DNA of 64,000 bases from Malonomonas rubra (GCF_003247215.1 NZ_QKAP01000022.1:13679-77678), one strand, 5' to 3'. Positions 1 through 11,904 are shown, counted from the first letter of the stretch. Numbers and translations are program-made. The notes: generated by a model from the sequence alone, not told the origin.

Positions 1-655
1 TCAGCAACGACTCGAACAGGTCTCCCAGTTGGCCTACAACACCGAGCAGCAGGCCGACTGCAATACCGTCCCAAACCCCGATCATCGGCAAAAAAGTCAA
101 TCCGGCCAGTTCAACTACCAGCACCGAGCCGAGCAAACCACCGACCCCCCCCTCGACACTTTTGTTCGGGCTGACTGCGGGGTAGAGCTTATGCTTTCCC
201 AGTTTGCTACCAACAAAATAGGCGCAGCTATCACAGACCATTATCACCAATAGTGTTAGAAAAATCCATGCACGCCCATTCGGCTGATAACGCAATTCGA
301 CCAGATGCCCAACAAGAAAGGGCAAATAAAAAAAGCCGAGGCAAAGCCAACCGAGGCGATGGTGAACCGCGGAGAGTTCTGAAAAACGGAATAGAAAGAA
401 CAGGCCCAAGATCAGAATTGCTCCCCCGAATAGGGGTAACAACAACTCATGACGCTGCATATAGAGAAGAGGGATGCTTAGGGCACCGGCCCCCGCCGCC
501 ACCCACTGCTCAACGACATTATTTTCCGCTAGGCCCATCCGGTTGAACTCAATAAGGGCCAAGAACAGTACTACGGCGAGAAACAATGAAAAGATCAACG
601 AATTGGCAAAGGCGACCAACAGTATCAGCAGCGGTATGACAACCGCTGCAGTCAC
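1..655 (-). CDS. cdsA: phosphatidate cytidylyltransferase CdsA, partial (3' end runs off the window)
   Basis: Absent from the ORF track because the frame has no stop inside the window. The minus frame from GTG 655-653 reads VTAAVVIPLLILLVAFANSLIFSLFLAVVLFLALIEFN... At the window edge it reads ...VGLLLGVVGQLGDLFESLL, the CdsA signature region. It lies directly downstream of uppS, as in the conserved uppS-cdsA pair. Confidence 0.8.
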   Translation of the reverse strand, partial: MTAAVVIPLLILLVAFANSLIFSLFLAVVLFLALIEFNRMGLAENNVVEQWVAAGAGALSIPLLYMQRHELLLPLFGGAILILGLFFLFRFSELSAVHHRLGWLCLGFFYLPFLVGHLVELRYQPNGRAWIFLTLLVIMVCDSCAYFVGSKLGKHKLYPAVSPNKSVEGGVGGLLGSVLVVELAGLTFLPMIGVWDGIAVGLLLGVVGQLGDLFESLL

Positions 656-665
656 AATACGCTGT

Positions 666-1436
666 TTAATGGCTCTCTCCTTCCGACAGATCGGACCCCG
701 ACGTCATCAGCTGATCATCAGTCAAACCGAAACGCCGCTTTCGCTGTCGGTAGTCCTCAAGGGCCCGGTGCAATTCCTGCGCATCAAAATCGGGCCACAA
801 TACATCAGTAAAATAAAGTTCGGCATAGGCCACCTGCCAGAGCAGGAAATTACTAATCCGCTTCTCCCCGCTGGTGCGGATCAGCAGATCCGGCTCCGGG
901 ATTCCCTGCGTATCAAGAAATTGAGCAAACAGATCATCATCGACAGTTTGCAGATCAAGCCCCGCAGAGACCTTCTCCGCCAATTGCTTTGCCGCCCGCA
1001 GGATTTCATCCCGACCGCCGTACGATAACGCCAACACCATGGTCAGCGCGCTCCCTCCAGCAGTATCGGCTTCGGCTTCGGTCAATGCCCGCCGTACCGA
1101 TGCAGATAAACGGCTACGATCGCCAATCACCCGCAGGCGAATGCTCCCATCCAGCATCTTCTGCCGCTGCGAAGCGAGAAACTGCAACAACAATTCCATC
1201 AGCGCGTCCACTTCCTGCTGCGGACGACCCCAGTTCTCGGAACTGAATGCAAACAGGCTTAAGTAGCGGATGCCAACCTGCAAGCACTCGTCAACAACCT
1301 TAACGACGGTCTGCACCCCCTGTTGATGGCCGGCAATCCTCGGCAAACCCTGTTTTTTGGCCCAGCGTCCGTTACCGTCCATGATAACGGCCAGATGCTG
1401 TAGCGGAGCACAATTCTCTTTTACTTGTTCAGACAT
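666..1436 (-). CDS. uppS: undecaprenyl diphosphate synthase (cis-prenyltransferase)
   Basis: 256-aa ORF with the MDGNGRWA, FSSENW and RTSGEKRISNFLLWQ motifs. Located in the frr-uppS-cdsA neighbourhood. Confidence 0.95.
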   Translation of the reverse strand: MSEQVKENCAPLQHLAVIMDGNGRWAKKQGLPRIAGHQQGVQTVVKVVDECLQVGIRYLSLFAFSSENWGRPQQEVDALMELLLQFLASQRQKMLDGSIRLRVIGDRSRLSASVRRALTEAEADTAGGSALTMVLALSYGGRDEILRAAKQLAEKVSAGLDLQTVDDDLFAQFLDTQGIPEPDLLIRTSGEKRISNFLLWQVAYAELYFTDVLWPDFDAQELHRALEDYRQRKRRFGLTDDQLMTSGSDLSEGESH

Positions 1437-1518
1437 TCCCAGCCTACCCCTCGAAAAACATAAGCTGGAAAATTAGCATGATTTCCGCCTTAACAGCAAG
1501 AATGGAAAAAGCTCGCCA

Positions 1519-1550
1519 ATAAAAAAGGGGACACCCGAAGGCATCCCCTT
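1519..1550 (-). terminator. rho-independent terminator downstream of the small ferredoxin gene
   Basis: The minus strand reads AAGGGGATGCCTTCGGGTGTCCCCTT followed by TTTTTTATT. The stem is AAGGGGA/TCCCCTT. Confidence 0.6.
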
Positions 1551-1571
1551 ACAAAACTGACCAATAATCGC

Positions 1572-1736
1572 TTAATCGACGATCGCATTTACCGGACAGC
1601 TGTCTACACAGGCGCGGCACTCGGTGCACTCGTCAGTAATCGTATAAGTTTCTCCAGATTCAACGATCGCCCCCAGTGGACAAGTGTCAACACAAGTTCC
1701 ACAGGCAATACATTCTTCGTTAATCTTCAAAGCCAT
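1572..1736 (-). CDS. 2x[4Fe-4S] ferredoxin, 54 aa (below the ORF-track size cutoff)
   Basis: Hand translation gives MALKINEECIACGTCVDTCPLGAIVESGETYTITDECTECRACVDSCPVNAIVD*. It has two CxxCxxCxxxCP clusters and a GGAGGT Shine-Dalgarno 8 nt upstream of the ATG. Confidence 0.85.
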   Translation of the reverse strand: MALKINEECIACGTCVDTCPLGAIVESGETYTITDECTECRACVDSCPVNAIVD

Positions 1737-1774
1737 TCGCTGTTACCTCCACATAAATTACAGACCGTCGAAGA

Positions 1775-3078
<1,304 letters not shown>

Positions 3079-3987
3079 TTACTTGCTCAAGGCAGCAACT
3101 TCGGCCGCGAAATCATCTTCCTTCTTTTCGATACCTTCACCGAGTTGGTAGCGAGCATAACTGTTCAGCTTGATTTCGGTACCGAGTTCCTTGGCCAGAG
3201 CCTCGACCACTTTGCCGACTTTTTGGTCCGGATCGATGACGAAAGCCTGCTCGATCAAGCAAACCTCACCGAAGTACTTGTTGATCTGACCGGTAATGAT
3301 CTTCTCAACGATATTTTCCGGTTTGCCGCTGTCGAGAGCCTTGACGCGCATAATCTCTTTTTCCTTGTCAATCACTGCGGAAGGCACGCTGTCGCGATTC
3401 AGGTACTGGGGAGCGGCTGCGGCGACATGCATGGCAATCTGACGACCCAGCTCAGCAACCTTCTCGTCGGTCGATTCAGTCTGCAGTTCAACCAGAACCC
3501 CTATTTTCCCGGCACCATGGACGTAATCAGCGACAACCCCTTGGCCGGCGTCAATCCGCTCAAAGCGACGGATATCCATGTTCTCACCGATGGTGGCGAT
3601 CTGGTGGGTCAGCTCTTCGCTGACGGTACGACCGGTTTCGGGATAAGTGAGCCCTTTCAGAGCTTCAACGTCAGCGGCAACGTTAGCCGCCACGACCCGG
3701 CCGATGCCTGCAGCGAAAGCCTTAAAGGCATCGTTTTTAGCAACGAAGTCGGTCTCGGCATTGACTTCGACCAGCGCACCGACCGTTCCTTCGGAAACGG
3801 CAACAACCATCCCCTCGGCGGCAACCCGACCAGATTTCTTGGCAGCAGCGGCAAGACCTTTTTTCCTCAGAAAATCGACCGCTTCCTCCATGTTGCCGGC
3901 CGTTTCGGTCAAGGCTTTTTTGCAATCCATCATGCCAGCGCCGGTCTTCTTACGCAGTTCCGATACCATCGCAGCTGTAATACTCAC
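3079..3987 (-). CDS. tsf: translation elongation factor Ts
   Basis: The ORF contains ITAAMVSELRKKTGAGMMDCKKAL. The longest ORF starts at 4014, but GTG at 3987 is preceded by GGAGG with a 5-nt spacer and gives the canonical MSITAA N-terminus. Confidence 0.9.
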   Translation of the reverse strand: MSITAAMVSELRKKTGAGMMDCKKALTETAGNMEEAVDFLRKKGLAAAAKKSGRVAAEGMVVAVSEGTVGALVEVNAETDFVAKNDAFKAFAAGIGRVVAANVAADVEALKGLTYPETGRTVSEELTHQIATIGENMDIRRFERIDAGQGVVADYVHGAGKIGVLVELQTESTDEKVAELGRQIAMHVAAAAPQYLNRDSVPSAVIDKEKEIMRVKALDSGKPENIVEKIITGQINKYFGEVCLIEQAFVIDPDQKVGKVVEALAKELGTEIKLNSYARYQLGEGIEKKEDDFAAEVAALSK

Positions 3988-4044
3988 ATTTTCCTCCATA
4001 GTGTTGACGGGCATCGCACCCGTAAATTTAGGTGTTAAAGCAAC

Positions 4045-4064
4045 GGCCGGACCGAAGCCCGGCC
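4045..4064 (-). other. GC-rich intercistronic hairpin between rpsB and tsf (possible attenuator or processing site)
   Basis: GGCCGG-accgaagc-CCGGCC. No strong T-tract follows on the minus strand. Confidence 0.35.
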
Positions 4065-4104
4065 GCCGGCCTATGCATTTTCACTGTTATTAGTAAAGAT
4101 TAGG

Positions 4105-4899
4105 CTATTCATCAGCGGGGGTCGCTTCAGCTGCCGGAGTCTCTTCCACCGAGGCAGGTGCTGCCTCAGCAACTTGATCATCCTGTCCTTCCGCTTCAGT
4201 CTGCTTCTGATCCTTGCGACGCTGGCCACCTTCGATACAGGCATCAGCCATTTTGCTAGCGAACAGGCGGATGGCGCGAATCGCATCATCGTTCCCCGGA
4301 ATGATGTAATCGATATTGTCCGGATCGCAGTTGGTATCTACAACAGCCACAACCGGGATTCCCAGCTTGTTGGCTTCCTGAACGGCGATCGCTTCCTTTT
4401 TCGGGTCGATGATAAAAACCGCTGCCGGCAGCTTGCTCATATTCTTGATGCCGCCGAGGTTCTTCTCCAGCTTCTCGCGCTCGCGCTCCAGCTGCAGGGC
4501 CTCTTTCTTGGTGTACTGCTCGATGGTGCCATCAGTACCCATTGCTTCGATCTTCTTCAAGCGATCAATGCTCTGCTTGATGGTGGCAAAGTTGGTCAAC
4601 ATACCGCCGAGCCAGCGGTTGTTGACGTAATATTGCTCAGCACGCATCGATTCTTCAAGGATGGCATCCTGTGCCTGCTTCTTAGTGCCAACAAAGAGAA
4701 CCTTTTCGCCATTAGCGACGGTATCCTGAATAAACTGATAGGCGGTCTTGAAATAACGAACGGTCTTCTGCAAGTCGACGATGTAGATACCGTTACGGGC
4801 ACCGAATATGTAAGGCTTCATTTTCGGGTTCCAGCGCTTGGTCTGGTGACCGAAGTGAACGCCGGCTTCGAGCAGTTGTTTCATGGTGATTTGGGCCAT
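4105..4899 (-). CDS. rpsB: 30S ribosomal protein S2
   Basis: 264 aa starting [27 protein letters not shown]. Acidic C-terminal tail. Confidence 0.97.
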   Translation of the reverse strand: MAQITMKQLLEAGVHFGHQTKRWNPKMKPYIFGARNGIYIVDLQKTVRYFKTAYQFIQDTVANGEKVLFVGTKKQAQDAILEESMRAEQYYVNNRWLGGMLTNFATIKQSIDRLKKIEAMGTDGTIEQYTKKEALQLEREREKLEKNLGGIKNMSKLPAAVFIIDPKKEAIAVQEANKLGIPVVAVVDTNCDPDNIDYIIPGNDDAIRAIRLFASKMADACIEGGQRRKDQKQTEAEGQDDQVAEAAPASVEETPAAEATPADE

Positions 4900-5164
4900 C
4901 TGATTTTACTCCTTTTTCTGGTTTAAATCCTCCGCCCCAGTCTTTTCTGCCAGGCCTCCGGTGTTGATCGAGAACCATCCTGAACAGATCCTGAAGCGTG
5001 CGTAGTAAATAACTGCACGGGTATAACACTCAAGCGAGTTCCAAGCAAGTGAAATTTTCCAAATTGGGCAGCAATCCTTTATCCCATTCTAAGCGCTATT
5101 TTCCGCAACCAGACATGGTTTACCTTATTTACAGATGTGAGCCGCTGTACTAACATGCGCCACC

Positions 5165-6352
5165 ATGTCGAGCCTACGTATTCATCGTTATATCAGTCGT
5201 GAGATCAGTGTTCCGGTCGTCCTGAGCTTGCTGATTTTCACCTTTGTCCTGCTGATGGGACGCATCCCAAAACTGACCGAACTTGTGGTCAGCAAAGGGG
5301 TACCGAGCCGAGAGATCATTCAACTATTCAGCTACCTGATGCCGACCTTTTTCAGCATCACGATGCCACTCTCTTTCTTGCTCGGCATCCTGCTCGCCTT
5401 CGGTCGCTTGTCGGCCGACAGCGAATTCATCGCCCTGAAAGCTTCTGGCGTAAGTCTCTATGCGCTGCTTAAGCCGGTGCTGCTGATGGGGCTCTGTTTT
5501 TCTCTGTTGACCGGCTGGCTGACGATCATCGTCGAACCCGCCTCAAAAAGCGCCTTCCGCAGCAAACTGTTTCAGATCGCCTCAAGCAGAGCCAGCGTTG
5601 GAGTTCAGCCTGGCATCTTCAATGACAATTTTGATGGCCTGGTGTTATATACACGTGGAATGGATGAGCGACAGGGGATCATGGAAGGGGTATTCATTTC
5701 AGATGAAAGGGAGGGAGAAACACCGGCAACAATCGTCGCCAAACAAGGGCGCTTCATTCCCGACCCGAAAAACTACAGCTTGACCCTGCGCCTCAGCAAT
5801 GGCACCATCCACAGGCAACCGACCGGCAAGAAAAAAGCAACCTACCAGACAGTCGGTTTCAGCACCTACGACATCAACCTCGATCTCGCCAGCCAGCTGG
5901 CCGATGAAAAGCAGCGGCACAGATCGCGCGGCGAGCTTTCCTGGTCGGAACTTAACGAGGCTTACGACGCAGCTGACAACGAAAAAGCCAAGTACAGATT
6001 CGCGGTAGAAAAACACAAGCGGGTCGCCATCGCCTTTGCCCCGATGGTCTTCGCTCTGGTCGGGGTTCCGCTCGGGCTGCAATCGAACCGCTCCGGGAAA
6101 GGCGCCGGCTTCGCCATGGCATTGGCGATCGCCCTGGTCTATTACCTACTGCTCAGCGTCGCCAGCACCCTGGCCGGCAAAGGGGCACTGCCCGCATCGG
6201 TCGCTCTATGGCTGCCGAATTTCTGTTTTCTGTTCGGCGGCAGCTACTTTCTGCACCGCACCGCCATCGAACAACCGATGTCATTTTTCAGCTGGCCGGC
6301 ACGACTACTCGGACAACTCAAGCACCTGATTAGCGGCAAGGAACGGCCATGA
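5165..6352 (+). CDS. lptF: LPS export ABC permease LptF (YjgP/YjgQ family)
   Basis: 395-aa multi-TM protein with a central soluble domain. Paired with a paralogue through an ATGA overlap. Confidence 0.8.
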   Translation: MSSLRIHRYISREISVPVVLSLLIFTFVLLMGRIPKLTELVVSKGVPSREIIQLFSYLMPTFFSITMPLSFLLGILLAFGRLSADSEFIALKASGVSLYALLKPVLLMGLCFSLLTGWLTIIVEPASKSAFRSKLFQIASSRASVGVQPGIFNDNFDGLVLYTRGMDERQGIMEGVFISDEREGETPATIVAKQGRFIPDPKNYSLTLRLSNGTIHRQPTGKKKATYQTVGFSTYDINLDLASQLADEKQRHRSRGELSWSELNEAYDAADNEKAKYRFAVEKHKRVAIAFAPMVFALVGVPLGLQSNRSGKGAGFAMALAIALVYYLLLSVASTLAGKGALPASVALWLPNFCFLFGGSYFLHRTAIEQPMSFFSWPARLLGQLKHLISGKERP

Positions 6353-7431
6353 TGATTCTCAACCGGTTCCTGCTGAAACACTTTTTACGCATTCTATCCT
6401 TGAGTGTCGGGGCCTTTATCGGCATCTACCTGTTGATCGATTTTTTTGAAAAAGTCAGCGACTTCATCGACTACAAAGCATCGGCGGGCGATTACCTCAC
6501 CTACCTGTTCAACAGCATTCCCTTTGTGTTTGTCCAGATACTTCCCCTGTCGATCCTCATGACGGTGGTCTTGACCCTCGGCATCCTTGGCCGGACTAAT
6601 GAAGTGACTGCCATGCGTGCCTGCGGCGTCAGCCTTTGGCGGATCGTGCAACCCTTTATGCTCTTGGCACTGGGGCTCTCCATTTTGCTATTAACGCTGA
6701 ATGAATTTGTCGTTCCTTTAAACGCCAGGGCATTGAACAACCTCCTCGATATCAAGCTGCAAGGCAAGCAGCAACTCAGCTTGAAACGGAACGAACTCTG
6801 GTTTCGCGACAAAAATCGAATCATCAACATCAAAGTAGCAGACCCGCAGAACCAGCGCTTACATGGAGTGACCATTTTTGAACTGGACGATTCGCCGAAA
6901 ATTATCCGACGCCAAGAGGCTACGCAGGCCGATTTCAAAAACGGCCAATGGACAACAAAACAACTGACCGAAAACCGTTTCGATCCGACCTATGGTGATC
7001 TGCTGAAGATCGAGTCGCTAAGCAATCAGACCATCAACATCAACCGGAAACCGGAGGACTTTGCGCAACAGGCGGCCCAGAACGAGACCCTTAATTTCCG
7101 GCAGTTGCTGAACATGGTCAAAAAACTTGACCAGGAAGGGATCGACTCGACCAGACAACGAGTCGACATGCATAATCGACTGACCGCCCCCTTCACCTGT
7201 TTGATCATGGCCTTTCTCGGCATCCCATTTGCGCTACAGCGTGGCCGCAACAGCAACATCGCTTTGGGGATAGGACTCAGCCTCGGCATCGGTGTAATCT
7301 ATTTCATCCTCCAGTCGCTGGTGAGCGCTTTCGGCTATTCCGGTGCGTTACCGCCGATCGTGGCGGCCTGGACAACCAACCTCATCTTTATACTGCTTGG
7401 CGTCTGGATGCTACTGAGCGTGAAAGAGTAG
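6349..7431 (+). CDS. lptG: LPS export ABC permease LptG (YjgP/YjgQ family)
   Basis: 360-aa paralogue of the preceding ORF with the same TM/soluble/TM layout. Confidence 0.8.
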   Translation: MMILNRFLLKHFLRILSLSVGAFIGIYLLIDFFEKVSDFIDYKASAGDYLTYLFNSIPFVFVQILPLSILMTVVLTLGILGRTNEVTAMRACGVSLWRIVQPFMLLALGLSILLLTLNEFVVPLNARALNNLLDIKLQGKQQLSLKRNELWFRDKNRIINIKVADPQNQRLHGVTIFELDDSPKIIRRQEATQADFKNGQWTTKQLTENRFDPTYGDLLKIESLSNQTININRKPEDFAQQAAQNETLNFRQLLNMVKKLDQEGIDSTRQRVDMHNRLTAPFTCLIMAFLGIPFALQRGRNSNIALGIGLSLGIGVIYFILQSLVSAFGYSGALPPIVAAWTTNLIFILLGVWMLLSVKE

Positions 7432-7440
7432 CGACCTCCT

Positions 7441-7481
7441 AAAAAAAAGCCCGGTCGACGTGCTGTCGACCGGGCTTTTTT
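7441..7481. terminator. bidirectional rho-independent terminator between lptG and ahcY
   Basis: A8 run, then a 12-bp perfect stem AGCCCGGTCGAC/GTCGACCGGGCT with a 5-nt loop, then a T6 run. Confidence 0.85.
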
Positions 7482-7502
7482 GCAACGATCCTGCTAGCGA
7501 GC

Positions 7503-8939
7503 TTAATAGCGATAGGTATCCGGCTTGTAAGGGCCAGCGACTGGCACACCGAGATACTTCGACTGCTCCTCAGTCAAAACGGTCAGTTTGGCGCCCAGCT
7601 TATCGAGATGCAGGCGGGCCACTTTCTCGTCCAGTTGCTTCGGCAGCACATAGACCTTGTTTTCGTAATTCTCGCCATTCTGGAACAGCTCGATCTGCGC
7701 CATCACTTGGTTGGTGAAGGAGTTTGACATGACGAAGCTCGGGTGACCGGTAGCACAGCCGAGGTTGAGGAGACGCCCTTCAGCCAGCACGATAACCCCG
7801 TGTCCGTCTTCAAACTCCCAGCGGTCAACCTGCGGCTTGATGTTCTGCCGCTCTACGTCGCCAGCCTTCTCCATCGCTGCCATCTCGATCTCGTTGTCAA
7901 AATGGCCGATGTTGCCGACGATGGCGTTGTTCTTCATCTGGCGCATATGCTCCAGAGTGATGACGTTCTTGTTGCCGGTGGTGGTAACGTAGAGATCGGC
8001 AAAATCAAGGACATCCTCGACCCGCTTCACCTCATACCCCTCCATCAGCGCCTGCAGCGCGCAAATTGGGTCGATTTCGGTGACAATGACTCGCGCGCCC
8101 TGCCCACTCAGGGATTGACAGCAGCCCTTGCCGACGTCGCCGTAACCACAGACCACGGCGACCTTGCCGGAAAGCATCACATCGGTTGCGCGCATGATGC
8201 CATCGACCAGCGAATGACGACAGCCGTAGACATTGTCGAACTTGCTCTTGGTGACCGCATCGTTAACGTTCATCGCCGGGAACAGAAGCTCACCCTGTTC
8301 CTCCATCTGGTAGAGACGATGCACTCCGGTAGTGGTCTCCTCGGTCACCCCCTTAATCGAAGTGGCGGTCTTGATCCACTTCTGGGCATCGGCGATGATC
8401 GACTTCTCAAGCTGGTTAACCAGCTCGCGCCAGTCCTCCGGGTCATCCTCGGTGACATTCGGCACTGCATCCACCGACCATTCGTTACCCTTAAGAACAA
8501 ACAGGGTCGCGTCACCACCGTCATCAAGAATCATGTTGGGAAATTCGCCGTCCGGCCAGGTAAGCATCTGCTCGGTACACCACCAATATTCTTCCAGAGT
8601 CTCCCCCTTCCAAGCAAACACCGGAATCCCTTGCGGGTTATCAGCAGTTCCTTCCGGACCAACGGCGACCGCAGCCGCAGCATGATCCTGCGTGGAAAAG
8701 ATATTACAGGAACACCAACGCACCTTGGCCCCCAGATCGACCAAGGTCTCGATCAAGACCGCCGTCTGGATAGTCATGTGCAGCGAACCGGAAATCCGCG
8801 CCCCCTCAAGTGGCTTCTGCCCTGCATATTCTTCGCGCAACGCCATCAGCCCCGGCATCTCCTCCTGGGCCAGAATAATTTCTTTGCGGCCCCATTCGGC
8901 CAGGGAAAGATCTTTGACTTTAAAGTCCTGATTTTCCAT
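7503..8939 (-). CDS. ahcY: S-adenosyl-L-homocysteine hydrolase
   Basis: 478 aa with NAD-binding [10 protein letters not shown], plus HFDNEI and [13 protein letters not shown] motifs. Confidence 0.97.
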   Translation of the reverse strand: MENQDFKVKDLSLAEWGRKEIILAQEEMPGLMALREEYAGQKPLEGARISGSLHMTIQTAVLIETLVDLGAKVRWCSCNIFSTQDHAAAAVAVGPEGTADNPQGIPVFAWKGETLEEYWWCTEQMLTWPDGEFPNMILDDGGDATLFVLKGNEWSVDAVPNVTEDDPEDWRELVNQLEKSIIADAQKWIKTATSIKGVTEETTTGVHRLYQMEEQGELLFPAMNVNDAVTKSKFDNVYGCRHSLVDGIMRATDVMLSGKVAVVCGYGDVGKGCCQSLSGQGARVIVTEIDPICALQALMEGYEVKRVEDVLDFADLYVTTTGNKNVITLEHMRQMKNNAIVGNIGHFDNEIEMAAMEKAGDVERQNIKPQVDRWEFEDGHGVIVLAEGRLLNLGCATGHPSFVMSNSFTNQVMAQIELFQNGENYENKVYVLPKQLDEKVARLHLDKLGAKLTVLTEEQSKYLGVPVAGPYKPDTYRY

Positions 8940-8970
8940 CTTTGTACACTCTCCTAATTTAGATGACGCT

Positions 8971-9888
8971 TCAGTGCGTCTCTTTTATCGCTGTTAGAAT
9001 AACGACCGGCCATTCGTCGGTGCGTCCACCAATGATTTCTGTAACTACCTGTTCGAATCCGGCTTCACTACACCAGACTGACAAGTCTTGTACAGTAAAA
9101 CCGAGCCATTGATCAGCCAATTCGTCTCGAACCCACTCCTTATCGTGACGTTGCAAATCACAGAGCAGCAGTCGTCCACCAGAGTGCAGAACCCGCGCCA
9201 GCTCCCTGATCACTGCAGCCGGGTCGGAGGCATGATGCAGGACCATATTGAGCAAAACAACATCGACCGAATCGCTCTCCTGCGGCAACGCCTCCATCTG
9301 TCCAAGCTTCAACTCAATATGACTAAAAACAGCGGTTGCCTCGCGCGCAGCCTCTAGCATCGATGGCGAGTGATCAACACCGACCAGCCGTTCGGCCCTA
9401 TCGGCAACCGCCGCCATCAGGCTTCCGGTACCAACACCGACTTCAAGCAGCTTAACGCAATCTGGAATCAGGACAAGCAATTGCGACAAATAATCGGCAG
9501 TCGGCAACAGGTCACGAGCCATCTGGTCCCATTGCCGGGCATGTCGGTCAAAAAATTCACGACTGCGCTGTCGACGTGCCGAAAGGATTTTAACCAGCGC
9601 GGTGCGATCCCGAGCATATTCCGCCAAACCGCTCCAGCGCTTCTCGAGATGCGGCAGCAAATCCAGGAAAAGGCCGTTGGTCGGCTGCAGCTGATAGTAG
9701 GCCCAAGTTCCCTCACGCTTGACCTGCACCACACCGGCATCGAGCAGGACCTTCAGGTGCCGTGAGATACGTGACTGCCCCATCTGCAGAATATCAACCA
9801 GTTCCTGAACAGTAAATTCGCCCAGTTGCAAGATGGCGAGCAACCGCAAACGAGTCTGATCTGCAAGAGCTTTGAATAGGAACAGCAT
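8971..9888 (-). CDS. sahR: ArsR-family HTH fused to a SAM-dependent methyltransferase-like domain (SahR-type regulator of the methyl cycle)
   Basis: The N-terminus [13 protein letters not shown]...FTVQELV...[11 protein letters not shown] is an ArsR wHTH. The C-terminal half has the [11 protein letters not shown]-binding motif. It lies immediately upstream of ahcY with a 31-nt gap. Confidence 0.75.
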   Translation of the reverse strand: MLFLFKALADQTRLRLLAILQLGEFTVQELVDILQMGQSRISRHLKVLLDAGVVQVKREGTWAYYQLQPTNGLFLDLLPHLEKRWSGLAEYARDRTALVKILSARRQRSREFFDRHARQWDQMARDLLPTADYLSQLLVLIPDCVKLLEVGVGTGSLMAAVADRAERLVGVDHSPSMLEAAREATAVFSHIELKLGQMEALPQESDSVDVVLLNMVLHHASDPAAVIRELARVLHSGGRLLLCDLQRHDKEWVRDELADQWLGFTVQDLSVWCSEAGFEQVVTEIIGGRTDEWPVVILTAIKETH

Positions 9889-9912
9889 ATATATCCGAGA
9901 AAAAGGATTACA

Positions 9913-9932
9913 AATATCAATTTTTCTTGATA
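9913..9932. promoter_or_regulatory. 20-bp palindrome ATATCAA-N6-TTGATAT, candidate SahR operator
   Basis: Perfect 7-bp inverted arms located 25-44 nt upstream of the sahR start codon. Confidence 0.5.
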
Positions 9933-10062
9933 TACCAGATGAGCAGCATTACGTCAAGGCGGGACAAAGACGAGAAGAGTTTATTCCTGCCTACCAGGAA
10001 TACTAAGCAGGTTTAGTTTGACAGGATAACTACTGAGACAACGACACGCCAACATGCGTCGA

Positions 10063-11904
10063 TCACCTTGGTAGGGTCACGACAACCCGAGTACCTTCCC
10101 CGTAATGGCTGTCAATGTTTATTGAGCCGCCATGAACATCAACGATGTATCTGACGATACTCAAACCGAGCCCAGCCCCGCGCACCCCCGAATCGACAGG
10201 ATCGGCTCGGTAGAAGCGATCGAAAGCCCGTTCGACCTGCTCAGATGTCATACCAACCCCCTGATCCGCAATGGTCAATTGGAGGCCGTCCGAAACTTCA
10301 GCTAAATCAATGTTGATAATCCCCCCTTGTGGAGAGTACTTGATCGCATTACTGATCAAGTTTTCCAAAACCTGCAGCATCCGATTCCTATCCACCCGAA
10401 TCGGTGCCACCGGCTCTGTCACCTGATAGGTAAGCTGATGGCGACCAACGCCATGCAGTTGAGCATCTGAGACGGCAGCGGCAACCAACCGATCAAACTC
10501 AACCAGTTCAAGGTTCAGTTCCAGAGGACGCCCCTCCTCTATGCGTGAAATATCCAACAAGTCATCAACGATCAGCGCCAAACCATTCGCTTTTTCGTTG
10601 ATGATAGTTAGAAATTCCAGCTCTTCATCTGGGTTGAAAGAACGATTTTCGAGCAACAGCTCAGAGTAGCCGAGTATCATGGTTAAGGGGGTCCGCAACT
10701 CATGAGCGGCAATGGTCACAAACTCGCTCTTCATCCGCTCTACATTGCGAACCTTGGTTACATCCTGTAAAAAAATCACCATCCCCTTGGTGTCGCCCTC
10801 GCTGGAGAGCAGTTGTGATGCGCGCACTGCAAGAACCTGGGGTCCCTCCCCCTGCTGGCGATTCAGGAGCAAGTCAAATTCAGTCACTGCCCCGGTCACC
10901 AGTGTACTCTTGATAACAGATACGTTCTCATGCAGAGCAGGCAGATCAATCAGATCTTCCAGACGGACTCCTGATTGCCAATTATTTACCCTGAATAATT
11001 CGATTGCAACGGGGTTCAGGTGAAGAACCCGATTCCGGTTGTCGATGACAATCAGGGCATCAGCGACGGAAGAGAGAATCGCGTCGATCTTGTCATGCTC
11101 TTCGGAAACCTTTCTCAACGCATCCCGAAGTGCTATTTCAGCCGCCTCGCGTTCTTCAATCTCAGCTGAAAGTTTACTATTGGCGGATTGCAGCTCACTG
11201 GTCCGCAACGCAACTCTGTTTTCCAGAGATTCATTAACAGCCTTCAGAGCCCCTTCCGCTTCCCGCAATGCCAGAAAATTCCTCTTCGCCCGACCGAGGC
11301 CAATCAGCATCAGCAACAAAAATGTTGCCGCAAAGGTCAACAGCATCAGCCCGGCTTTCGAATTAAGTACCTTCAACTGTTGCTGCTCATCCGTGATGTC
11401 ATAATAGACTTCAACCGCCCCATGAAAACTTTTCTGCACCATGATTGGCACATAGGTCTCGACAACATCCATCGAAATCGGGACTCCATCGGCAGTCAGG
11501 TGATCTTTTTGCACCACCTTGGAATAGAGCTGCCCCCTAGCGACCTGTTGCACAAAGTAGGGCTTCTCATTGACATCGCCGATTTCATCTTCCTGGGTCG
11601 AAAAAACGATGCGGCCACTCGCGCTGAAAATCCGCAATTTCAGCAGCAGTTCCTCTTCTTTCAAGGAGTTGATTTCGGAAGTAATCTGACTACCGATAGA
11701 ATCGTGCTCCAGATCGACCCCTTCTAATTGTTTATTGACCACCAGAAAGCGGACAAAGCGAACCGCCTCCCATTCGGTCCGGCTAATCAACAGATCCTTA
11801 TACGCAGGATAGGTGTAAAAATAATCGTAGAGAGGAAAGCCAACGACCAAGACAATCGTCAGAAGAAGCAAGTTGCGGAGAAAGCTGATTTTGAGCATCG
11901 GCAC
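10063..11904 (-). CDS. membrane sensor histidine kinase (extracytoplasmic domain, coiled coil, PAS, HisKA, HATPase)
   Basis: 613 aa with two TM segments. H-box FVTIAAHELRTPLT. G-boxes DQGVGM and GAGLGLSIV. No adjacent response regulator. Confidence 0.85.
   Translation of the reverse strand: MPMLKISFLRNLLLLTIVLVVGFPLYDYFYTYPAYKDLLISRTEWEAVRFVRFLVVNKQLEGVDLEHDSIGSQITSEINSLKEEELLLKLRIFSASGRIVFSTQEDEIGDVNEKPYFVQQVARGQLYSKVVQKDHLTADGVPISMDVVETYVPIMVQKSFHGAVEVYYDITDEQQQLKVLNSKAGLMLLTFAATFLLLMLIGLGRAKRNFLALREAEGALKAVNESLENRVALRTSELQSANSKLSAEIEEREAAEIALRDALRKVSEEHDKIDAILSSVADALIVIDNRNRVLHLNPVAIELFRVNNWQSGVRLEDLIDLPALHENVSVIKSTLVTGAVTEFDLLLNRQQGEGPQVLAVRASQLLSSEGDTKGMVIFLQDVTKVRNVERMKSEFVTIAAHELRTPLTMILGYSELLLENRSFNPDEELEFLTIINEKANGLALIVDDLLDISRIEEGRPLELNLELVEFDRLVAAAVSDAQLHGVGRHQLTYQVTEPVAPIRVDRNRMLQVLENLISNAIKYSPQGGIINIDLAEVSDGLQLTIADQGVGMTSEQVERAFDRFYRADPVDSGVRGAGLGLSIVRYIVDVHGGSINIDSHYGEGTRVVVTLPR

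Noticed and set aside
9981-10001. Hairpin TATTCCTG-cctac-CAGGAATA downstream of the histidine kinase gene, as a terminator.
   Set aside because: The stem is perfect at 8 bp, but no T-tract follows on the minus strand. It could equally be a protein-binding palindrome, so I did not list it as a feature.
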